A DNA stretch of 64,000 bases from an uncultured Hormoscilla sp. (GCA_963921275.4 OZ001293.3:6208001-6272000); one strand, 5' to 3'; shown: positions 34,898 through 46,950, counted from the first letter of the stretch. Translations and numbers: made by a program. The notes: generated by a model from the sequence alone, not told the origin.

Positions 34898-35227
34898 TCA
34901 TATAGATATCCCCTGCGATCGCATTCTAGCAACAAAAGGAGATTCACCAGCTTCGCGGCGCAACTTTTCAGCATACTGGTATCCTCGTTCCATGTCGGCA
35001 TCAAGCTCTTCTTTACGATCCCAGTAATAGGCTAATGCTGAATAAATTTGGCTCATTTTGATATGAGGATAATGCAAGTGCAGCTCTTGAGGACTCCAAC
35101 CGTAAGCAGTTTGAGCTGTGACTAACTCAATAACTTTCATAGTGGTTCCGGCGATGATGGGAACCCCGGCATCGTTAATTCTTATGTGTTTGTACTCATT
35201 CGCCGTCAGTTCTATTATTTGTTCCAT
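34898..35227 (-). CDS. DUF433 family protein
   Basis: GVPIIAGTTMKV...GWSPQEL..HYPH...QIYSALAYY. Confidence 0.88.
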   Translation of the reverse strand: MEQIIELTANEYKHIRINDAGVPIIAGTTMKVIELVTAQTAYGWSPQELHLHYPHIKMSQIYSALAYYWDRKEELDADMERGYQYAEKLRREAGESPFVARMRSQGISI

Positions 35228-35595
35228 CGGTTTCCCCCATAACGATCGTAGATGATTGCTGTTTACCATTATATTATCCTCCTACAAATGCAAGCCGATC
35301 GCATTCGCGATTTGCATTTCCTTGTTCGAGCAGAAGGGCCAGTTTTGGCTGGCAACAAACGTAATATCCATCTCCTGGGACTATCCCCTTGGGAGTAAAT
35401 GTATTCATCTATACAAATGTAGTACAATATAATTCAAAAATCGGAACCAATGAACCAAGGCTGGCAAAATTAAACAGGCGATCGCCCATTACCAGGTTGA
35501 CAGAGAGAGAAAATATGGTATAATGGCAAAAAAATAAATTTCATCTAGTTAAGCAAAAGATCGATCTCTGTGCTAATCTAGGGAAGTTGTCAAAC

Positions 35596-35665
35596 TCGCA
35601 CATCCAGGATTTCGGGTGTTTCCACTGGAAATGCACCTGGATGGAGGCTAAACCCGAAAGGAGAG
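35596..35665 (+). promoter_or_regulatory. Structured rpsB 5' leader, possible S2 autoregulatory element
   Basis: CATCCAGG...CCTGGATG stem and TTTCGGGT...ACCCGAAA pairing (possible pseudoknot) just before the SD. Confidence 0.55.
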
Positions 35666-35675
35666 ATCGTTATCT

Positions 35676-36467
35676 ATGCCAGTTGTCTCATTAGCTGAAT
35701 TGCTAGAGTCGGGAGTCCACTTCGGACACCAAACCCGTCGGTGGAACCCCCGGATGGATCAATACATCTTTACGGCCCGCAACGGCGTCCACATCATAGA
35801 CTTGGTGCAGACAGCTCAGCTCATGGAGCAAGCCTATGAGTACATGCGCGCGGCCTCAGAACAGAGGAAAAAAGTGCTATTCGTCGGCACCAAGCGTCAA
35901 GCAGCTGGAATTATCGCCCAAGAAGCCACCCGTTGTGGGGCTTATTTCATTAACCAGCGCTGGTTGGGGGGAATGCTGACCAATTGGACGACAATCAAAA
36001 ATCGGGTAGAGCGGCTCAAAGAATTAGAGCGGCTAGAGGAAAGTGGCGGACTCGCCCTGCGCCCGAAAAAAGAAGGCTCCATGCTGCGCCGGGAAATGGA
36101 AAGGCTCCAGAAATACCTGGGCGGCATTAAAATGATGCGGAAAGTACCCGACATCGTGGTGATAGTAGACCAGCGACGGGAGTACAATGCCGTTCGGGAA
36201 TGCGAAAAACTGAAAATCCCGATCGTCGCCCTGCTAGACACGAACTGCGACCCCAACGCGGTGGATATTCCCATCCCCGCCAATGACGATGCCATCCGAT
36301 CGATTAAACTAATCGTGGGTAAGTTGGCAGATGCCATCTATGAAGGGCGTCACGGTCAAGTGTATGTGGAAGAAGAATACGAAGATTTCATAGAAGCAGA
36401 AGAAGAGTACGACTACGACAATGTCGATATGTCGGAATCCTCGGATTCGGAAGAGACAGCAGAATAG
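35676..36467 (+). CDS. rpsB: 30S ribosomal protein S2
   Basis: [36 protein letters not shown]. Confidence 0.99.
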   Translation: MPVVSLAELLESGVHFGHQTRRWNPRMDQYIFTARNGVHIIDLVQTAQLMEQAYEYMRAASEQRKKVLFVGTKRQAAGIIAQEATRCGAYFINQRWLGGMLTNWTTIKNRVERLKELERLEESGGLALRPKKEGSMLRREMERLQKYLGGIKMMRKVPDIVVIVDQRREYNAVRECEKLKIPIVALLDTNCDPNAVDIPIPANDDAIRSIKLIVGKLADAIYEGRHGQVYVEEEYEDFIEAEEEYDYDNVDMSESSDSEETAE

Positions 36468-36485
36468 CAAGGGTACTAAAGCAAA

Positions 36486-37142
36486 ATGGCAGAAATATCA
36501 GCAAAACTCGTAAAAGAGTTACGAGAAAAAACGGGCGCAGGCATGATGGATTGCAAAAAGGCCCTCCAAGAAACAGATGGAGATCGGGAAAAAGCCATAA
36601 AACGGCTGAGGCAAAAAGGACTCGCCTCTGCTAGTAAAAAAGCAGGGCGGGTAGCAGCAGAAGGGCTGGTCGATAGCTACATCCACACGGGAGGAAGAAT
36701 AGGCGTCCTGGTGGAAGTAAACTGCGAAACAGATTTTGTCGCCCGTGGCGAAGAGTTCCAAACCCTGGTGCGGAACATTGCGATGCAAATTGCAGCTTGT
36801 CCCAATGTGGAGTACGTGAATGTGGAGGAGATCCCAGAAGAAATCGGAGCCAAAGAAAAGGAAATAGAAATGGGACGAGAAGACATGGCGACGAAAAAGC
36901 CGGACATCAAAGAAAAGATTGTCCAAGGTCGGGTAGAGAAGCGGTTGAAAGAGATGTGTTTGCTGGATCAGCCCTATATTAAAGATCAAAATATCACAGT
37001 GTCGGAATTGATCGAGCAAAGCATAGCCCAGCTGGGTGAAAACATCAAGGTGCGTCGCTTTACTCGGTTTGTGCTAGGTGAAGGAATAGAAAAGGAAGCA
37101 CAGGATTTTGCGTCCGAAGTAGCAGCCCAGATGGGCCAATAA
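36486..37142 (+). CDS. tsf: Elongation factor Ts (short form)
   Basis: [29 protein letters not shown]. Confidence 0.99.
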   Translation: MAEISAKLVKELREKTGAGMMDCKKALQETDGDREKAIKRLRQKGLASASKKAGRVAAEGLVDSYIHTGGRIGVLVEVNCETDFVARGEEFQTLVRNIAMQIAACPNVEYVNVEEIPEEIGAKEKEIEMGREDMATKKPDIKEKIVQGRVEKRLKEMCLLDQPYIKDQNITVSELIEQSIAQLGENIKVRRFTRFVLGEGIEKEAQDFASEVAAQMGQ

Positions 37143-37362
37143 TTGTAGGTTGGGTTTCCGCACGAAACCCAACCTATAACTGCTATTAACCTCGTTCGTT
37201 GGGTAACAAACGTCAAGCAAACCTAGGAAGATATGATTGGGAGAAAAAGTTGTGACGGCGGAGATGTTGGCAAATGGGATTAAATATGAATGCTGAGGGT
37301 AAAAATGTCAGTGCTATGAAATCAGTTGTAGGTTGGGTTTCCGCACGAAACCCAACCTACAA
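37142..37362. repeat. Two copies of palindrome TGTAGGTTGGGTTTCCGCACGAAACCCAACCTA
   Basis: Copies near 37144 and 37326; relatives at 26243-26335. Confidence 0.75.
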
Positions 37363-37587
37363 CTGCTGTTAAGGTAGATTGAGTAAAGTCAAAAAAACCT
37401 ACATGTTGTTGGTCATAAAGGTAGATTGGTGATAGAATGAATCAGAGTAACAAGGAGCGAGAAAAAGCAGTCGAGCAGTTAATTTGCATGAGGAGAAAAA
37501 AATAGATCCATGTTATATTTTTCCAATTTTGAACTTGGAATGGCTTAAAGGCTGAGCAGTTGTGATAGTAAATATTGACATGAGATT

Positions 37588-38496
37588 ATGGATAGAGCGG
37601 AGCAGATAGCTCGGGAACTAGGAGCATTGGAAAAAGAGATCGAAGCATTAGCAGCAGAATTCCACCAAACCTACTCAGAATATCTGAAATCACTGGGACA
37701 GGTGGTGCGACAGGGGCTAATTCTGGCGAGCTATCATCTCTGCACTCAGGGGTATCCAGGTCAGTTTCTGCGTTTGAGTTTGAACAGCAAACAAAAATTG
37801 CAGCAAGCGATCAGACAGGTGGCTTCTCAGGCCCAGCCACAGTTGCTGGCCCAGTTACATCCTCCAGGGCAACCAGCACAGGAGAAGCCAAAGGAAACCA
37901 AGGTGGAAGCGTTTTTGCCCGGCTTACTAAATCAACCCTCGGAAAATATCTTAGGAGGCACCAATAGGGTATTGCCCCAGGAGGAGAAGCCACAGGAAAA
38001 AATAACACCAATGGACTTGGCCCAATGGCAGGATAAATTGGAAAAAGCGATCGCCTCGACATTAGATACAGTCTCTCGTCAGACGAATCTGTTACTCAAG
38101 CAAGGAAACATCCTGCCCAACCATCAGTTACCAGAATCGATTGTAGAAGCAGCTAAATCAGCTGCTAGTTCCTCGGAAACTGTCCCCGCTGGACCGCCCA
38201 ACATTATTAATATGTTAATTGAAGCCGAAGGTCCTGGAAAAAAAGAGGAAGGATCTGCTGAAGACCCCGCCTCGACCTCGACGGGGAAGCGGCGCATGCC
38301 CATCAGGATCGTGGAAATTCATTTGCGGCTATCGGAACTAGAATTTGCCGACTCGACAGCGAGTTCTTGGCGTCAGAAAATTCGTAACCTGAAGACGAAA
38401 TTACAAACCCTAGGGCGCAAGTATCAGAAGAAACAACGGGAACGTGCTGTTGCCCTGGCAGAAGCCGCATGGCGTTCCAGCTGGTTCGATGAATGA
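37588..38496 (+). CDS. Conserved cyanobacterial hypothetical protein
   Basis: ILASYHLCTQGYP, IHLRLSELEFAD, AEAAWRSSW; lies between tsf and recG. Confidence 0.8.
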   Translation: MDRAEQIARELGALEKEIEALAAEFHQTYSEYLKSLGQVVRQGLILASYHLCTQGYPGQFLRLSLNSKQKLQQAIRQVASQAQPQLLAQLHPPGQPAQEKPKETKVEAFLPGLLNQPSENILGGTNRVLPQEEKPQEKITPMDLAQWQDKLEKAIASTLDTVSRQTNLLLKQGNILPNHQLPESIVEAAKSAASSSETVPAGPPNIINMLIEAEGPGKKEEGSAEDPASTSTGKRRMPIRIVEIHLRLSELEFADSTASSWRQKIRNLKTKLQTLGRKYQKKQRERAVALAEAAWRSSWFDE

Positions 38497-38707
38497 TATT
38501 ACGATCGGCAGAAACCTGCAGGAGAATTAGTAAATAGCAATGGCGTAATTAGTAGCAGAGAGAGAAGATGTATAGGAATATCATTCAGGATAGTGAGGGA
38601 GGAAATGATCAAGCATAATGAGAGGATAAATGGCAATTGAAAACTTGCCATTTACGGCCTCAAGCAGTAAGATAGGTATGCAAGCAGACAAGAGAGAGTT
38701 TTGACAA

Positions 38708-41176
38708 ATGATAGAAGCACCAGATTGGGAGAGATTAAAGAAAGCCTTGGCTGTAGAAGCAAAACATGGCTTTACCAACATCGTCGGTAAGCAACCCTTT
38801 AGCCAGTTTCTCCAAGACCAGTTTAGCCAGCCACCAGCGGACCTGGCGCCAGCAGAGCGATGTCAGTGGCAGAAATTTGAGCAGGAATTTGCCAGTTATC
38901 CTGACCTCAGTTTTGCTCTCCGACAGCAATTAGTAACACAAGCGCGTCAGTATATCCATAGCTGTCAGCAAGCCTCAGGAAATGGAGCAGGGGGAAAAGC
39001 CCAGTGCGGACAACAGAGTAAAATTGAACTGGGCGCCATCAGTAGGGTGGAATATACAGAAAGCGTGAGTATAGACCAACCTATAGTCAAGCTAAAAGGG
39101 GTGGGATTCAGAAATGGTCGGCTGTTGGAACTGCTGGATTTGTTGACGGTCCGGGACTTGCTTTTATACTACCCCCGTGACTATATTAATTATGCTCGTC
39201 AGGTGCCGATCGAGGAGTTGCAACCAGGGGAAACGGTAACCATAGTGGGAGAAGTAAAGCGAGTCAGCTGCTTTAGTTCGCCCCGCAACAAGAAATTAAC
39301 GATCCTGGATTTGTTGATGAAAGACAGCACCGGGCAAATTAAAGTGTCCCGGTTTTTTGCAGGTAATTACTTTAGCAATAAATCCTGGCAAGAAAAAACT
39401 AAGCGTTCCTATCCAGTCGGGGCCTTGGTAGCTGCTTCGGGTTTGGTGAAGAAAAACAAATATGGCCTGACCCTAGACAAGCCCGAACTGGAAGTTTTAG
39501 AAGAGGAAAACAACAATGCGATCGAATCTCTGAATGTGGGGCGGTTGCTGCCAGTTTATGCCTTAACAGAAGGGGTGACAGCTGCTGTGGTCAGAAGGGC
39601 GGTGATGACAGCCTTACCAGCTACTAAAGACCTAGAGGAGACTCTCCCAGAATCTCTGCGGAAACAGTATGATTTGCTGGAGTTGAAAGAGGCGATCGCC
39701 TCGATCCACTTTCCAGATGATGAAGATGTCCTGAGAACCGCCCGCCGCAGATTAATCTTCGATGAATTATTCTACCTGCAACTAGGATTTCTCCAGCGTC
39801 GCTATCAGCAGAAACAGGATCGAACAGGGATTAAAATTAAAAGTCCTGACAAAGGGAAACTGATCGAAAAGTTTTACAAACTGCTTCCTTTTCAGCTAAC
39901 AGATGCGCAAAATCGAGTAATTGACGAAATCCTGAATGACTTAAAATCAACCACCTCCATGAATCGCTTGGTGCAAGGAGATGTCGGGGCTGGTAAAACG
40001 CTAGTGGCAGTAATAGCAATCCTAGCTGTAATTCAAGCAGGCTATCAAGCAGCATTAATGGCACCCACAGAAGTCCTAGCAGAACAGCATTATCGCAAAT
40101 TATTAGGTTGGTTTAATCTCCTGAAATTACCAGTTGAATTGCTGACAGGTTCAACCAAAACTGCTAAACGTAGAGAAATTCACGCTCGATTGGAGACAGG
40201 AGAACTGCCGCTATTAGTTGGCACTCATGCCTTAATTCAAGACACAGTCAACTTTCACCGCTTAGGTTTAGTGGTAATAGACGAACAGCACCGTTTTGGA
40301 GTCGGACAAAGGGCATTGTTGCAGCAAAAAGGTGATGCCCCCCATGTCCTAACCATGACCGCAACCCCAATTCCTCGTACCATGGCCCTGACCATTCATG
40401 GGGATTTAGACGTGAGTCAAATTGACGAACTTCCTCCAGGAAGAAAGCCCATTCAGACAACAACATTAAGTAGTAGACAACGCAAAAAAGCTTACAATTT
40501 GATGCGCCAGGAAATTGCTCAAGGTCGTCAAGTTTATATAGTTTTACCTTTGGTTGAGGAATCGGAAAAACTAGATTTACGTTCGGCTGTAGAAGAACAT
40601 AAGCGACTGTCGAAAACAGTATTTCCAGAATACCAGGTTTGTCTGTTACATGGTCGCATGAGTTCGGCAGAAAAAGAGGAAGAAATTAATAATTTTCGGG
40701 ATAACAAAACTCAAATTATTGTTAGCACGACCGTGATCGAAGTCGGAGTAGACGTGCCCAATGCCACAGTAATGATGATCGAAAATGCCGAACGTTTTGG
40801 ATTATCCCAGCTACACCAACTGAGGGGTCGTGTGGGTCGAGGCGATCGGAAATCCTATTGTTTGCTGATTGGTGGTTCCCAAACCGCTGAGGCCCGTCAG
40901 CGGTTGAATGTTTTGGAACAGTCCCAAGATGGCTTTTTTATTGCGGAAATGGATATGCGGTTGCGGGGACCTGGTGAAGTTTTGGGAACTCGTCAATCAG
41001 GGTTACCAGATTTTGCTTTGGCAAGTTTGGTAGAAGACGAGGATGTGTTGATATTGGCAAGAGATGCGGCAGAAAAGACTATCCTTCAGGATGAGACACT
41101 TAACAGTTTTCCTTTGTTGAAAGCTGAGTTAGAACGTCGGTATCAACGGATTATGGGTGGCACAATGATGACCTGA
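38708..41176 (+). CDS. recG: ATP-dependent DNA helicase RecG
   Basis: RLVQGDVGAGKT, DEQHRFGV, MTATPIPRT, QLHQLRGRVGRG, DMRLRGPGE. Confidence 0.98.
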   Translation: MIEAPDWERLKKALAVEAKHGFTNIVGKQPFSQFLQDQFSQPPADLAPAERCQWQKFEQEFASYPDLSFALRQQLVTQARQYIHSCQQASGNGAGGKAQCGQQSKIELGAISRVEYTESVSIDQPIVKLKGVGFRNGRLLELLDLLTVRDLLLYYPRDYINYARQVPIEELQPGETVTIVGEVKRVSCFSSPRNKKLTILDLLMKDSTGQIKVSRFFAGNYFSNKSWQEKTKRSYPVGALVAASGLVKKNKYGLTLDKPELEVLEEENNNAIESLNVGRLLPVYALTEGVTAAVVRRAVMTALPATKDLEETLPESLRKQYDLLELKEAIASIHFPDDEDVLRTARRRLIFDELFYLQLGFLQRRYQQKQDRTGIKIKSPDKGKLIEKFYKLLPFQLTDAQNRVIDEILNDLKSTTSMNRLVQGDVGAGKTLVAVIAILAVIQAGYQAALMAPTEVLAEQHYRKLLGWFNLLKLPVELLTGSTKTAKRREIHARLETGELPLLVGTHALIQDTVNFHRLGLVVIDEQHRFGVGQRALLQQKGDAPHVLTMTATPIPRTMALTIHGDLDVSQIDELPPGRKPIQTTTLSSRQRKKAYNLMRQEIAQGRQVYIVLPLVEESEKLDLRSAVEEHKRLSKTVFPEYQVCLLHGRMSSAEKEEEINNFRDNKTQIIVSTTVIEVGVDVPNATVMMIENAERFGLSQLHQLRGRVGRGDRKSYCLLIGGSQTAEARQRLNVLEQSQDGFFIAEMDMRLRGPGEVLGTRQSGLPDFALASLVEDEDVLILARDAAEKTILQDETLNSFPLLKAELERRYQRIMGGTMMT

Positions 41177-41366
41177 TATCTGGTCAAAGCATGATCTACT
41201 CGGAAAGGGATGGACTTGCGCTTTTTGCCGCAGTCAATTCTGTAGCATAAACCAAGACAGGGCAAGGGTTTCGGACGATAGACTCTGGCATGGCAAAAAA
41301 CGCAAATTGAAGCCTATCGCAGTATAATGAATTAAAATAGTTATCGCAGTAAGTAGGAGGCTGAAT

Positions 41367-42704
41367 ATGGCATTTGATTACGACCTGTTTGTAATTGGTG
41401 CGGGTTCAGGGGGACTGGCGGCTGCTAAACGGGCCGCATCCTATGGTGCCAAGGTGGCGATCGCCGAAGAGTCCGCCGACCTGGGGGGTACCTGCGTCAA
41501 TCGCGGTTGCGTTCCCAAAAAACTCATGGTATATGCCTCGGAATTTTCCCATAAATTTAAGACAGCTGCTGAGTATGGCTGGAGTCCGGTGTCAAGCAGC
41601 TTTAACTGGTCGGAGTTCATTGCCCAGAAAAACCAGGAAATCCAGCGTCTCAACGGAGTATACAGCAATTCTCTAGCAGCAGCTGGAGTGGAACTGTTCG
41701 GAGGTCATGTTACTTTCAGGGACGAACATACCCTGTCAGTTGCCGATCGCCAGATTACCGCCGCCAAAATCTTGATTGCGGTGGGGGCTAAACCTCAAAA
41801 ACCGGAAATTCCCGGGAGAGAACAGGCCATTACCTCTAACGAAATCTTTCACCTGGCCCAGCAACCCCAGCGTATTGCGATCGTGGGCGGTGGCTATATC
41901 GGTACGGAATTTGCTTGTATCATGAATGGTCTGGGTTCCCAGGTAACGCTAATCATTCGTCGCAATCTGATTTTGAACGGATTCGATGACGATCTTAGAA
42001 CTGGCGTACAAGCAGGCATGCAGCAACATGGAATTCGGATCCTCTGCAACAAAGAAGTGGAAAAAATTCAACTCTTATCAACAGGTCTCAAAGTCACCTT
42101 ACCCGATGATAGCATGACAGTTGATACAGTGCTGGCTGCTACAGGTCGGATTCCTAATTTGAGTAACCTGGGTTGCGAAAAAGCTGGAGTGAAGATTGCC
42201 AATGGAGCGATCGCCGTAGATTCGGAAAGTTGCACCAGTCAGCCCCATATTTTCGCCGTGGGAGACTGCACCGATCGCCGCAATCTCACCCCAGTGGCCA
42301 TTGCTGAAGGTCGGGCCTTTGCCGATACCGAGTTTGGCGATCGCCCCCGGACGATTAATTATGAATTTATCCCCTCAGCGGTATTTTCCCAACCAGAAGC
42401 TGCTACGGTAGGCATGAGCGAAGCCGAAGCCCGATCGCAATTAGGGGAGGCCGTGAAAATTTATCGCAGCCAATTTAAGCCCTTGTACTATACTCTAACT
42501 CAGGAGAATACCAAAACCCTGCTCAAGTTAGTGGTTGACAGTCAAACCGAGCGGGTGCTAGGCGCTCACATGGTCGGAGAACATGCCGCCGAGATTATCC
42601 AAATGTTGGCAGTTGCCTTAAAAATGGGTGCCACCAAATCCGACCTGGACGCCACCATTGGCATTCATCCTTCGACAGCTGAAGAGTTTGTTACCATGAA
42701 ATAG
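41367..42704 (+). CDS. gor: Glutathione-disulfide reductase
   Basis: GAGSGG, GGTCVNRGCVPKK, IHPSTAEE. Confidence 0.95.
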   Translation: MAFDYDLFVIGAGSGGLAAAKRAASYGAKVAIAEESADLGGTCVNRGCVPKKLMVYASEFSHKFKTAAEYGWSPVSSSFNWSEFIAQKNQEIQRLNGVYSNSLAAAGVELFGGHVTFRDEHTLSVADRQITAAKILIAVGAKPQKPEIPGREQAITSNEIFHLAQQPQRIAIVGGGYIGTEFACIMNGLGSQVTLIIRRNLILNGFDDDLRTGVQAGMQQHGIRILCNKEVEKIQLLSTGLKVTLPDDSMTVDTVLAATGRIPNLSNLGCEKAGVKIANGAIAVDSESCTSQPHIFAVGDCTDRRNLTPVAIAEGRAFADTEFGDRPRTINYEFIPSAVFSQPEAATVGMSEAEARSQLGEAVKIYRSQFKPLYYTLTQENTKTLLKLVVDSQTERVLGAHMVGEHAAEIIQMLAVALKMGATKSDLDATIGIHPSTAEEFVTMK

Positions 42705-42781
42705 CCCCTCGGGAAAATTATGCCAGCAAATCTGGAAAGCTGGTAAACTGATGTTAAGTTTACTTATCCCATGTCACAGAT

Positions 42782-43333
42782 ATGACTTCTCGTCGTCGTT
42801 TTTTTGCCATTCTCCTGGCCAGCTGTCTGGCTTTCATGGCCTCATTTAACTTCAGCCCAGCAGCATTAGCTTTGGGAGGCAAATTACTGGAACTGAACCA
42901 ACCAGCACCGGACTTTACCCTGCCCACTAATACGGGTAATGGGAAAATATCCCTCTCCGATTATCGCGGTCGGTGGGTAGTGCTTTACTTCTATCCCAAA
43001 GATTTTACCTCTGGTTGTACCCTGGAAGCCCGTCTATTTCAGAGAGATTTGCCCAAATATATCGAGAGAAATACTCAAATCCTGGGCATTAGCGCTGATG
43101 ACGTGGACTCCCACGCCGAATTCTGTGATGCTGAAGGTTTGACATTCCCCCTTTTGGCTGATACCACTGGCAAAGTAAGTAAAGCCTATGGTTCTTGGAT
43201 GCTCTTTTTCTCCCTGCGCCACAGCTTTATCATTGACCCGGATGGCATACTGCGGGAAATATACACTGATGTTTACCCGGCAACTCACTCTCTAGAGGTG
43301 CTGGAACGTCTGGAGCAATTGCAGCAAAGTTAG
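42782..43333 (+). CDS. Peroxiredoxin (BCP/PrxQ) with Tat-like signal peptide
   Basis: SRRRF leader; YFYPKDFTSGCTLEA. Confidence 0.92.
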   Translation: MTSRRRFFAILLASCLAFMASFNFSPAALALGGKLLELNQPAPDFTLPTNTGNGKISLSDYRGRWVVLYFYPKDFTSGCTLEARLFQRDLPKYIERNTQILGISADDVDSHAEFCDAEGLTFPLLADTTGKVSKAYGSWMLFFSLRHSFIIDPDGILREIYTDVYPATHSLEVLERLEQLQQS

Positions 43334-43612
43334 CATGCTGTAATCGCAATCGGGAAGTGGTTCATAGTTGATGGTTCCTAGGCTACCAAAAATTATCATA
43401 CTATGAACCACGAACTATTAAATAAAAAGAACGGTACTAAAGAAAGGTGGTTTTGCGGATGTTCCCAGCGGGAATGATTGATACTATGTAAATATCAAGC
43501 GAACAATGAAGCTAAAGGGAGCATGTCCAGAGCATTTTCTAAGTTGTTTTGCTCTCAGACATAATCGCCTAAATACCCTATAGGAAATGGGACTGACAAC
43601 TGACATTGCTAA

Positions 43613-44455
43613 TCATTGAAAACCTGTAAATTGAGACCGCGCTAGCTGGGTTTGCTGCAAGACCTGTGCGAGTGCGGTCCAATCTTCCTGCTGGATATGG
43701 GAAATCAGCTGGTCGAGGGAATGGCGATAATTATGGAGCGATCGCAACAATTCGGGCCGATTATACTGTGCCATCATCAGACCCAATTCGGGATTGCCGC
43801 CTCCCACACGGCTTGTATCCCGGAAACCAGAACTAGCTAGCTGTTGTACTAGCTTGAGTACCGCCGGATCGACCATGCAGGCGTCAATCAAACTGGCACT
43901 GACCATCACCGGCAAATGAGAAATTAAGGCCACGGCCCGGTCATGGTCTGAGGGGCTACAGTGATACACTCGAGCTTGGAGCGAGCAGGCGATCTCGCAG
44001 AGGGTTTGCAGGGAAGCGGGTAGTGTTGAGGCCACAGGTGTTAACACGTAAGGTCGGCCAGCAAACAATTGTCGCTGTGCCGCATCTATACCACTCTGGG
44101 TAGTTCCCGCCATCGGGTGTCCGCCGACAAAATTAGACCAGATGGGGGTAATTGCTTCGACTACTGGCGTCTTGACCGAACCCACGTCTGTTAAAATTGT
44201 CGCGGGAGATAAATGAGGAATAATTATCTTGACAGTGGGGACGATAGATGCGATCGGCGTGCAAATAAACACGATATCGGCGGCGGCAAGCAGACTGAAA
44301 GCAACGCTAGCATCGTCGGCAACCCCGCGCGCGATCGCCAGTTCGCAAGTATGTTGGTGGCGGCTGACTCCCAAAACCTTAAACCCCACCTGGCGCAAAT
44401 CCAAGCCCAAAGATCCGCCAATCAGCCCCAGTCCTACAATACCAATATTCATCAT
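43613..44455 (-). CDS. tyrA: Prephenate/arogenate dehydrogenase
   Basis: GLGLIGGS, DVGSVK, GGHPMAG, HDRAVALISHLP, GFRDTSRV. Confidence 0.93.
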   Translation of the reverse strand: MMNIGIVGLGLIGGSLGLDLRQVGFKVLGVSRHQHTCELAIARGVADDASVAFSLLAAADIVFICTPIASIVPTVKIIIPHLSPATILTDVGSVKTPVVEAITPIWSNFVGGHPMAGTTQSGIDAAQRQLFAGRPYVLTPVASTLPASLQTLCEIACSLQARVYHCSPSDHDRAVALISHLPVMVSASLIDACMVDPAVLKLVQQLASSGFRDTSRVGGGNPELGLMMAQYNRPELLRSLHNYRHSLDQLISHIQQEDWTALAQVLQQTQLARSQFTGFQ

Positions 44456-44530
44456 GGTGCATCATTTTTAATCAGCTCAGCCCTAAAGGCATGATAGCCT
44501 TTAGTCCCAAACAAATCATAGATACCAGCG

Positions 44531-46950
44531 ATGGAAGCAGAGGAAATAGTAAAAAGCTATGCAGCTGGAGAACGAGACTTTGGTGCAATCAAGCTGACTG
44601 AGTTGAATCTGAGTGGCGTCAATCTCAGCGAAGCCAATTTCAGCCGTGCCAACTTATCTGTAGCCAACCTCAGTGGTGCCAATCTGAGTAAATCAAACCT
44701 GTCTAACGCCAAACTGAATGTGGCCAGACTCAGCGGTTGCAATCTCACCCATGCCAACTTCAACGGAGCCATCCTGAATGTAGCTAATCTGGTGTGAGCC
44801 GATCTGACTGGTTCGACATTGGTTCAAGCTGGGTTAATTAGAGCAGTGCTCATTAGAGCCGAACTTTCTTATGTAGACCTGTCTCGCGCTAACCTGACTG
44901 GAGCAGATCTGAGAGAAGCTACCCTCAGACAAGCTAATCTGAGTGGAGCCAACTTGTCGGAGGTGGATTTAAGGGGAACTTCCCTGACGGGAGCTAACCT
45001 ACAGGGAGCCAGTGCGATTCGTTCTAGCCTAACGTGGTCAAACACGGAACGCTAGCCCGGTTTCATTAGCCGGGAACTCTGACCGCATGGGGGTTAAATT
45101 CCCCTCCCCCCAGGTACGGGGGTGACACCGGTCCTCGGTGCTACGAAGCGACATCATCGTGGTGCTAAGCGAGGACTCAAATGTAGGATAACTGGCAGCC
45201 TAAGCCGGTGACGCCGCTAGGAAAGATATCCAAGGTTAGAGCAGGCAAACATGTGCAAGCCTCGTTATAAGGAACCAGCGAAATAAGGCTATATGCGCTG
45301 GCCTAAAAAGGAAATGGTAGCTAGTATTAGTTTTAGACTCTGGCTAATATAGTACTCAAATAGCTCCCGGGGTATAGTGTGGACCTAAAGGTATCGCGAA
45401 ATGTTGTTAGGGAACGAAGTAACCTCTCGTGTGCTGTCCATCAGGACAAGTTAGATGTTAAGCGCAAGCCACGGGGGGAGGGATGGCCCAAGAAGCGAAT
45501 GCCCGGGGTAATTCCTGGGATAACATCTACAGTAATGTAGATGATGCTGGGTAGCCAGCGCTGACGTGGGTCGGTGATACTAGGAAGCTGCTGGAATGAG
45601 TAATCCTAAAAAGCCACGGAACTAATCCGAAACGCAAGTGGAGGATAAGGTATGGATAACTGGTAAAACTGACTTGAAAATGGTGATACTAACGGTTATC
45701 AGAACAACCACTCGCTAAACCAGGAAAGGGAAGAAAAGACAGGCGGCAAGGGCTAACGGAAGTAATTCCTATTAAGTCTACCTATGAAAAGGGCCTAGTA
45801 CCCAGTAGCCGGATGCGGTGAAAATCGCAAGTCCGGTTCCTCAAGGGAGGGTCGGGAAGCGATTCCCGGCTCGACCCCATCCACTTACATGGCACTGATA
45901 TGAGTCGGTCTGACATGAGCGGGGTAGACCTGAGAGAAGCGGACCTCAGACATGCCAATTTGAATCGCACTAATCTCAGTGGCGCTAACCTCAGTGGTGC
46001 TAACCTGAGATGGGTTGACCTGAGTGGAGCGAATCTCAGTTGGGCGGATCTGAGCGAGGCCAAGTTGAGCGGCACCAACTTAATTGGATCTGACTTGAGC
46101 AATGCTAACTTAGTCAATACTAGTATGGTACATGCTGACCTGACCCAGGCAAATTTGATTAAGGCAGATTGGAGCGGTGCGGTGCGACTTTAACTGGGGC
46201 AAAACTTTATGGTGTCTCGCGGTTTTGCCTGAAAACAGAAGGGATGACCTGTGAGTGGGTTGACCTCAGCCCCGATGGGGACCATTCTTATGTCTATCAT
46301 TTCACCCCAGAAGAATTTCAGCAGTTTTTCAATCCCACTCCACCTAAGGTAGAGATTGTTGTCGATGCCAGGTTGGATCACTTAGCTAGCTTGGCATTGG
46401 CTAATGCTTATTATCAAATTGCTCGGCAATACTCAGCCATGAGCAGTCCTCCCAGTATTAAAGTGGGTCACCGTCGCACCACGCTCACATTTGTCCTTGA
46501 CAGCGACGAGCATTATTTCCCATTGCCTACGTTGCCATTCTTCCCTTTAAGGATGCTGCCGCTACTCAGGGACGTCTGAGCGATTTGATGGATACGATAC
46601 GATCGCCCAGTCTGGACGAATACCTGAGGATTAAAGATCACAATCATATTATGAAAGTCAACCAGTATCTGAGTAAAATCATGGGCAAGCTAGCAAAAAT
46701 ATCACTTACCTCAAATCTGCCGACAAAATCAGTTAAATTCTTTGATGTTCCCACCCAGGTGGTGTTGACAGATTCCAGCGCTCAGATCTTAACTGTATAT
46801 CATCACCAAAATTTTGGCAAGCGTTTCTTAAATGCAGTTGCTTTGCCTAAAGATGATTCGGTAAAATATCTGAAATACTTGACATCCCCTCTGCCTACCA
46901 TGAGTCTGATAGCTGATTTTATTAAGGGTTTCTATGACATGGTAAAATAG
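44531..46950 (+). pseudogene. Long pentapeptide-repeat protein, disrupted
   Basis: YAAGERDF start; TGA at 44795; intron 45012-45882; 5-bp duplication near 46180; further frameshift near 46520. Confidence 0.85.
45012..45882 (+). mobile_element. ORF-less group II intron, type B copy 2 (871 nt)
   Basis: GTGCG start, D5 AGCCGGATGCGGTGAAAATCGCAAGTCCGGTTC; removal gives GANLQGANLHGTDM in frame. Confidence 0.93.
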
